The notes under the pieces: model-generated
What the model saw: the letters and a program-made list of their open reading frames with translations, nothing else
What the model was told of the DNA's origin: nothing
The model's database searches: none
Translations under genes and position numbers: made by a program
In this document: piece after piece, positions 56,490-64,000 of the stretch
Layout: every line of letters begins with the position of its first letter
Position numbering within the stretch: the first letter of the stretch is position 1
DNA from: Magallana gigas
Lineage: Eukaryota
Direction: 5' to 3'
NCBI RefSeq assembly: GCF_963853765.1
Contig: NC_088860.1
Coordinates: 32,674,001-32,738,000 of the forward strand
Length of the DNA stretch: 64,000 nt

Positions 56490-56691
56490 TGATAGTGTTT
56501 CATATTCTACTAAGATTTTGGGGATATTTTGTTTGCTATTTGAATTTGAAAGAGAGATCTAGAGTTGCTTACATGTACCATGAACAGCTATAGACAGTGT
56601 GTATTTGTGTACAATATTCAGAGAGAATTTGCTTTAAAACTCATTTTCTTTTTGCTACCAATATGTTCTCGGTGATTATGAGTCAGTTGTG

Positions 56692-56768
56692 TAATCATAA
56701 ATGATTATGATCATGATTATGATTGATTAAGATCATGATTATGATCACGGTTATGATCATTAATCACT
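56692..56768. repeat. Degenerate (ATGATY)n hexamer tract, partly self-complementary
   Basis: ATGATTATGATCATGATTATGATTGATTAAGATCATGATTATGATCACGGTTATGATCATTAATCA. Confidence 0.7.
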
Positions 56769-57891
56769 ACAATATGTTATCTGGTCTTTGGTTCTTAACT
56801 GCCAATTTAATGTGTATTTGCTAACTTGCAACTAATGATAGAATATATTAATCAGTTGTATGATTATTTTTTCCATATATTTCTTTTACTTTAACTGGAA
56901 ACTAACCAACAGAAATTAAGGTATATTTATAAGTAATTGGGTTTTTGTTCCTTAATTTGGATTGATTTTATATGATAAGGTACATGTAATTATCCTCTCT
57001 ATGCTACTGGCGTGTTATTCCGTAGATACTTTGTTTATTATAGTAGAATTTTCTTGGTTTTTTTCTGTTTTGTTCCTGACTTGAAAAGTCAGTTTTTTTC
57101 TGTTTGACTTTTTTCTTTTTCTTTTATAGGATATATATGTATACCTGTATTTTTGTATTGAAACTGACAGTGTCATACAAATAAAACCAATTATGAACGT
57201 GGGTGTCCCGGTGTGTATATTTATAGTCTTTGCCTCATACAAGTAATTGCTATCCTAGCAATATACATGAAGGTCATGATTGCGTTTGAAAACTGGTTAC
57301 AGACGATTGGCTGCTAAACAATGTTATTTCTCTTGTTTTAAAAATTGAATAGGCTGTTATTGTTGGTGAAAGTCATTGACAATAAGATCAAAACTATTTT
57401 TTCCCCTTTGAATTGTGTCACAGAACCAGGCCAACGAGAACTATTTAAAAGTCGGAATTATCTTCAAACATTTTTATTATGAAAAATGATTATGAAACTC
57501 ATTGAAAAAGGAGCTTTGCTGTAACGCCCTCAATTTTTCCTTGTGTAGGTGCGGGGTTTTCAAGGCCCAGTATAAAAGACCTACAATACTTGTGGGAAAT
57601 GTAAGATGTTTTGTATCAATCAGACATCTTTGTGATGGTAACTGCGTACTCGGTTCCTGGTTTGCATCGCAGACTAAATGTCACATTGAACTGGGGAAAA
57701 ATCAAAGGGATTCCGAATTATGTGATAAACCACATTTAATTACAGATGATTGCGGATCAAAAGATGGAGGCTGGTTTTGATTAAGATTCCATTGCGTCTG
57801 CATTTAATGCACCTGTTTAGTGTGTTCTATAATGTATTAATACTGCAGATTTTGTGCTTTTTCCCCTGACATTTCTTGGACAAACAGAGCC

Positions 57892-57905
57892 CCAGTAGGT
57901 GGCAC
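57892..57905 (+). promoter_or_regulatory. Candidate CTCF-binding motif
   Basis: CCAGTAGGTGGCAC matches the core consensus CCASYAGRKGGCRS at every position. Sequence match only. Confidence 0.35.
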
Positions 57906-59266
57906 TATTCTTGTATTGCAGTTTTATCAACAAAAATAAATCTGTATTGCAAATCAAATGTTTTATTGACCCATGAAAGAAGATTACAAAACAGTAAACG
58001 TTAACAAAAACATAACAAAATAAAGCTTTCGTTTTGGCGAAAACGGTAAAGCAACATTACCTTAAAAATAACACATTTGACATGACGTTGTGTACATGCA
58101 GCAAGCCAAAGCATTTAATTTGATAATAAAAAGGGTTAATAGCTTTAAATATGTACAAGGTGCAAAGCGATGCGCTAGCCTTTGTAAAAATGGTCAAGTG
58201 GATATATATGTAATATATATTTTCACTGAAAAGTAAAAAAAAAAAGGATTTCTTTAAAATATTTTTAAAATACTAGACCTGCTAAGATTCTGGAAGAAAA
58301 CTAAAAAAAACAACAACAACCAAACAAACAAATAAACCAAGAATGAAACAGAATAAATGATCATCTCTACAATGAATGCCTCTGTTTGAACAGAACTTCA
58401 AACGCCTGTGTAACCCGGAATCCTAAAACAAGGGATTGATTTCTGCGCATCACGAAGGACTTGGATTTCTACATCTTTTGGACATTTTTCGTCGATATTC
58501 GTTCCGTTTTTATCCGCGACCAATTGTTAGGAACAGATTGTTTTAAGGGCACTCATTCCGACCTGCTGGCTACAACCAGGAAAACGGCAGCGAAAAATAA
58601 CACATTAGTCTTAGTTTCCAGTCACATTTTCTTTTGTCATTACATTATAGGATGGATGAACGTGTCAGCTGAAGTGTAGAACATTTACAACCGTCTGTTG
58701 TAGTTCAAGCTAAACCAGTCGAGATATTTTGATAAAAATTTGACTTCCGTATAGAAATAGTTATTATGCATAGCAAAAGTACATGTTGCTATAACTGCCG
58801 GAGAAGGTACGATTCAAACCAAATCTATAGATTTTGAAAAAGATATAATTTGTCTTCGGAATCCTTATAGTACTTGAGCAGTAGTGACTGTAATGTTTTT
58901 GATTTTCTCTGTTAATTAAAATTCAAGGCATCTGTACGCGATACTATTTTGCGAGTCGGTAAATGAACTTAAACTAAATCTGTGGCTTCTGGTGAAAATG
59001 TGCATGACTTCAGCGTAGAAAGCAATAGTAATGGGGTTTTTTTTGTCAACTCTTCGTTATAATGCATATAGCATCTCTACATGCAACTGTTTTTATTTTT
59101 GCTAGAGGCAGTGATGCATTTCTGTTATGTAACACATACTTACAAGTATATTGAATTATAGAAAAGGGGAACTAGTCATTCCATTAATTCTCTTTCATCT
59201 GTTTGTAAACACATAATACTCAGACAGTGCTTCATAGATCCATCGAGTCCTTTTATAACGACAGAC

Positions 59267-59368
59267 CACTTATTACGACAATCACAAAACATTTCTTCAG
59301 CACTTATTGCGACAACCATCAACCAGTTCTTGGGCACTTATTGCGACAATCATCGACCACTTCTTGGG
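59267..59368. repeat. 34-bp minisatellite, 3 copies
   Basis: CACTTATT(A/G)CGACAA.CA.....CA.TTCTT..G starting at 59267, 59301 and 59335. Confidence 0.85.
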
Positions 59369-62300
59369 AGTCATCAATGTCTCTTCCCTCATTGGAGACA
59401 GACAATATAACATGACATCTTATCAGTTTTCTTTGACGATTCTGTAGAGCTTCCATATTTTGTTAATTAGATTCGTGTGAGCCGGTAAACATTGTACTTG
59501 TACTACGTTCATTTTATGTCCGCGCCTTATTGGTACTCATCAAATGTTGGGTTGTTTTTTTTTTTCTAGTCAATCAATTGTATTACTAGTATTCACCGGG
59601 TGTTTAATCAACAGTATTTCTAGTTACAAATTACACTGAAGATGCTATATATAGTATGTAAAAAACAATCGTAGGTACATGTAGCTGTAATAGCAACAAT
59701 AATTATATCTGAGTGTAGGTACATGTAGATTATGCAAAGTGTCAGATATTCATTAATACTACTGCAGCTTATCAATTCTATTAGGAAGTGTTCGAAAAAC
59801 TAAGAGCACACTTCTTTCTGTGAATAGTTTTCAAAACTCGGTGGTGTAACATCCAGAAGTCCAGAAGAAAATAAAAAAAAAGGGTATATGAGGTTTAAAC
59901 ACAACAACCACGGATTATGACAACTTTCACAAATTTAGCACGAGAAGATGATTTATTTTTCTCACTATATCGAATGACATTGATTTTCCGTCGCATGTTC
60001 TTAGGAATGGCGATCTCTTTTTTTTCCCCCCAAAACACGCCAGGCTAATTTGCTACACACTATCAAGTTACTTGCCCAGTTTTTTTGCAATGTAAATCAA
60101 GACCCTTTTAAAGAAATGGACCAGAAATGATATCTTTTACTAGCGACTAACGGCATCTTATAATTGATTTTCTCACTTGGAGTCGCCGAGATAAAGGCAA
60201 AACCACGATACCAAATTTGAATGGTGGTTTATGGCACTCTAGAAGTCTATGATAATTAAATGAAAGCAAATAAATCTGCGCCATGTTTTTATCACGGACC
60301 AAGGGAATTAGGGTGCAGGTTATTTTCTTTTCCCCAAACCAACTGCAAAACGATGTTATTGTGGGTTTTTTTAATAACTAATTTCATTAGTATTGAACAG
60401 TTTGTCAGTTTTATACATGGACTTGATGTTTATCGGTCGTAGAAATGAGAAATGTGCTATAATTTGTTTATATTTAATATTTGTTATTAGTAAATCAATT
60501 ATCAAAATGCAATCTTACATGTATAAATAAACTAAATTCAAATAGCCATGCCCGCAAGATGCAAGCACTTATAATTAGAGTAGTGCATGGTTATACACTC
60601 TTTGTGACCAATTCTCACGGTATATTCAAAAGTTACAAAGTATCAGAAAGGATCTAGAAAACACCCTCTTTTTATTTCCCTCTTGATAATCGGAAATGTA
60701 TGAAAACGTGCGTCACGACATTTTAATTTTTCAAAAGTAATATTTTTGGTGCACGGGTTTTAATGTTGTATTTATTTTGCCATAAAAACGTCTTTTTTCC
60801 TCGTTTCTATAACGAACTTTGAAGTTCTGATTTTTAGATTTATTATAAGTCTTGACAGAAAAGTCATAAAATTTTAAGTTTTTTATCAACATCTGCCTTA
60901 CGTAATCAATTGATCAGAAGTTTAAAGAAAGATAACTCTGAAATAAAGAGCGTAATTTTACACAAAACAGATGATCAATTTCTTCATAGATCTACAAGAA
61001 CTAGCAGTGATTGAGGTCTCGGAAGATTATTATTCTGGTTAATGAAACTCGTTTCCCTTTGAAATGACATGTTACATGTAGATATATTGCAACAGATCCC
61101 TATCTTTCATCCTGTATGCGCAAGAATCGTTATTATTCCCATAAAAGTAAATGATACATGTACATGTATGTATAAGTTACACGTACAGGAGGAAGTTTTG
61201 ATTATGAAGTAATATTTGACATAACATGCCCAAGGTCTAGAGTTTGGTCAATAAAACAAACCCCCATAGTGACAACTCAAGGTCTGTTGTGAATTAGTTC
61301 CAGACTGACAGCTGTATGAGCTGCTACTGATAAAGCAGTATTATCCGTTCCCCCTCCCCATCTCTCTCGGGTGTGGGTGGGGGGGGGGGGTTAGACTTTT
61401 CAGAAATTTTGACCAGCAAAAAAAAAAATGATTATAATCGTAGGTCTAGCTTTGCAAAATAAAGGGAAAGTGAGAGGGGGCTTAGCCACCTTAGCCCCCC
61501 CCNNNNNNNNNNNNNNNNNNNNNNNNNNNNNNNNNNNNNNNNNNNNNNNNNNNNNNNNNNNNNNNNNNNNNNNNNNNNNNNNNNNNNNNNNNNNNNNNNN
61601 NNNNNNNNNNNNNNNNNNNNNNNNNNNNNNNNNNNNNATTTCACAATGCAGTTACATAAGTTTTTTTTCTAACACATTTTGTCGAAGCGTTTACAAATTC
61701 CAGATATTAATCACATAAAGTAGGTTCTAATTTACCTTCTCCAAAAAGAAGGAGGAACTTATTTATTTCCGTCAGATTTTTAAATCGTGTTTGTTTGAAT
61801 CTTAATGAGCTCTTTGGGAGAACAGCCCAATACATGTATAGTAATTAGTGTAAAATGATTTCTGAAATTATATCCCACATACAATAAATAAACTTTGATA
61901 AAGGCAACGTATGATACAGTCATGATATATGTATGATACATACCTTATCCTTCGAATATAAATGCTGTATATCAGTGCATGAAACTTAACAAATGATTCA
62001 TTTTTTAAGATAATGCATACAAATTTAAATCAAGGAAGGTCTTTTGATCTGAAGATGTCCTCAAAATATGCATAAAATAAACAAGAACATTTTTGTAAAT
62101 ATTAAAAACTAGATTTTTCCGTATTTTTGTATTTTATTTGCCTCTGATAGATCTAGAGCTACTTAAATCTTTAACTGGCTTATAATGCAAAAACAAAACA
62201 AACCAAAATATTTTAGAAGACGTGGCACTGTATAAAAAAAGATGGAGGCATTATTTTATTAGTGCGCATGCCTCTAGAAGAGTTCGATGATGAATTTTTA

Positions 62301-64000
62301 GAATTGTTATACATTCTGTGGAATTAAATTACTAACCGAGCATAAAATCAGATATATCACTTTTCAAAGATTTCAAGTAAGACTAGTACATGAACATGTA
62401 AAGTAAATTTTTTAACAAGATTCAATTTAAAGTGGACAAGGACAAGATCGATAACTCTTGCAATTTTGTTCATGCTCATACAACAGCTGTATTTCCTATC
62501 TCAACCACTGAAGTACGACTTTAATGCACATCTAATGTTTTTCGTAGTCTAGATTAGTACCAGTGATATTGGGAAGGAATATTCCTATGTCCGCACATTC
62601 CCGATAACATAAACATTGCTCCTCATTAAAAACAAAGCATATACAAAATCAGTTTTTGAGATACTTATTGATTTTTCGGAAAGTGAAAATGGCCCCTGGG
62701 TTTTATCCGGATTTGTTCTTTTTTTTTTTTTGAAATCACATTTTGTTTATTAAAACTTCTTTTTGCAGGTCGCCCCCCCCCCCCCCCCTCCATCGTCCTC
62801 TACTATTGTAGAAGGAAAATGACTCTGTCTCTTGATTTAGTTAAATATAGCTTTAATAAAGATGCAGTTTTACTCTTAACGTGTGCTGATTTGGCTTTGA
62901 ATCTTAGGTTTATATACATGTATTCCATAATAGGCGCATTGGTGTTCGTCTTACTGATGCAGTAGAAAGTATCAATAAATATTAGATTGATACATTCAGC
63001 ACCGTTTAAATATCGTTTAGGCAGGGTCTTCAATTGATTATTGCTATTTTGGTGTAAAAAAAAGTCAGAGCTTTTTAAATTGATTTTATATGCATAGGAT
63101 TGCATCAAATATTTTTTAAATTCACTTACATGTACCAATTTTTGACAAAAGAGCAATTAGTTCCGAAATATATACTGTACTACTAGTATTTGGGGTATTT
63201 ATATACAAATACAGCTATATTTTCAAGTCTTGCTGCATTATTTACTCGCTGAGATACATCGAACTTACAATAATTGTTGATTTTTCACACAAAAACAATA
63301 ACACGAAATTTATGCTTTACAATTCGTTCCGATTGTATGAAAGTTTTGATGTTAGATACAGCGAATTTTGTTGATTCTTGAACTATTTATGTGTGAGTTA
63401 TCGTTCTTAGTTCATAAACTAAGTCGTAACTCTTCTCGCACACTGAGTGAATGTAGGTCACCAAGGGAATGGATAAGATCAGTACAATATGTAATGTAAC
63501 TTAATTATAACATTATAAAATATCAAAATCAGTTGATATATACATGTACTCGTACTAAATAAAGAATGTTGATTTTATCACCAACAAAAAGCACGATATC
63601 AAACCCATCAGATCCTTTCTAATATTGTGTGACACGATTTGATGCAAAATGCATTTAAAACACAGACACTTGTATCTATTATAAACCCTATATATAATAA
63701 TAATTATACAATATAGGGTAAACTTATATTGCAGGAACAAGTTCCTGTAATTTTAAGTAGTTGTAAGAACGTTATTTGATTTCGGGAAGTTTTAAAAAAA
63801 ATTGGGAAAATTTGGTATGATTTAGAGTTGGTTTTTTTGTATCTTTTCAAGAAAAGTTAATTTAAGTATGATATTACGGTGTCATCCTCTGTCGTTGGCA
63901 AGATATTCTTTATAGATTTCATGTTCTCTGTAGCGGGCCCTTCATTCTTCTGTACAATTTGATCCAGTCCAAGTTGATTATGAACAAGAAATGCATGGGT

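Noticed and set aside
57502-57780. 92-aa Cys-rich ORF downstream of the TNF gene
   Set aside because: Non-ATG start, no signal peptide, no recognisable Cys pattern and no splice partners found.
59267-59368. CRISPR-like array
   Set aside because: Only three units, the variable parts resemble each other (CA..TTCTT..G), there are no cas genes, and the context is eukaryotic.
58000-64000. Further protein-coding genes at the right end of the window
   Set aside because: Only short AT-rich ORFs with no motifs or consistent splice chain.

Overview
AT-rich, intron-containing eukaryotic genomic DNA, very probably an oyster (Crassostrea/Magallana-type), judged from the ~166-bp Cg170-like satellite inside a Helentron-type element and the bivalve-type gene content. 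There are four N gaps (1192-1339, 11673-11810, 28913-29041, 61503-61637). Four multi-exon genes can be rebuilt by hand with GT-AG junctions and matching intron phases: (1) a calpain-5/TRA-3-like protease on + (646-12452) with an intact Cys/His/Asn triad and a C-terminal C2-type domain; (2) an 11-exon, ~733-aa soluble TIR-STING-TIR-STING tandem on - (25779-13818); (3) a cytosolic sulfotransferase on + (27113-33852), head-to-head with the STING gene; (4) a type II membrane TNF-superfamily ligand on + (38769-56144). The ORF track hides the STING gene because its signature motifs lie on 96-99 nt exons. The introns carry many non-autonomous DNA transposons (TIR/MITE, Helentron-like, long-hairpin Crypton-like) and microsatellites. 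The most interesting object is the double TIR-STING. Oyster TIR-STING fusions are already known, but here the two halves are unequal: only TIR1 keeps a Glu at the TIR-NADase catalytic position, the two cyclic-dinucleotide pockets differ at key residues, and the donor joining the halves doubles as an in-frame stop, so a single-module isoform is possible. All family assignments come from motif recognition, not database searches.
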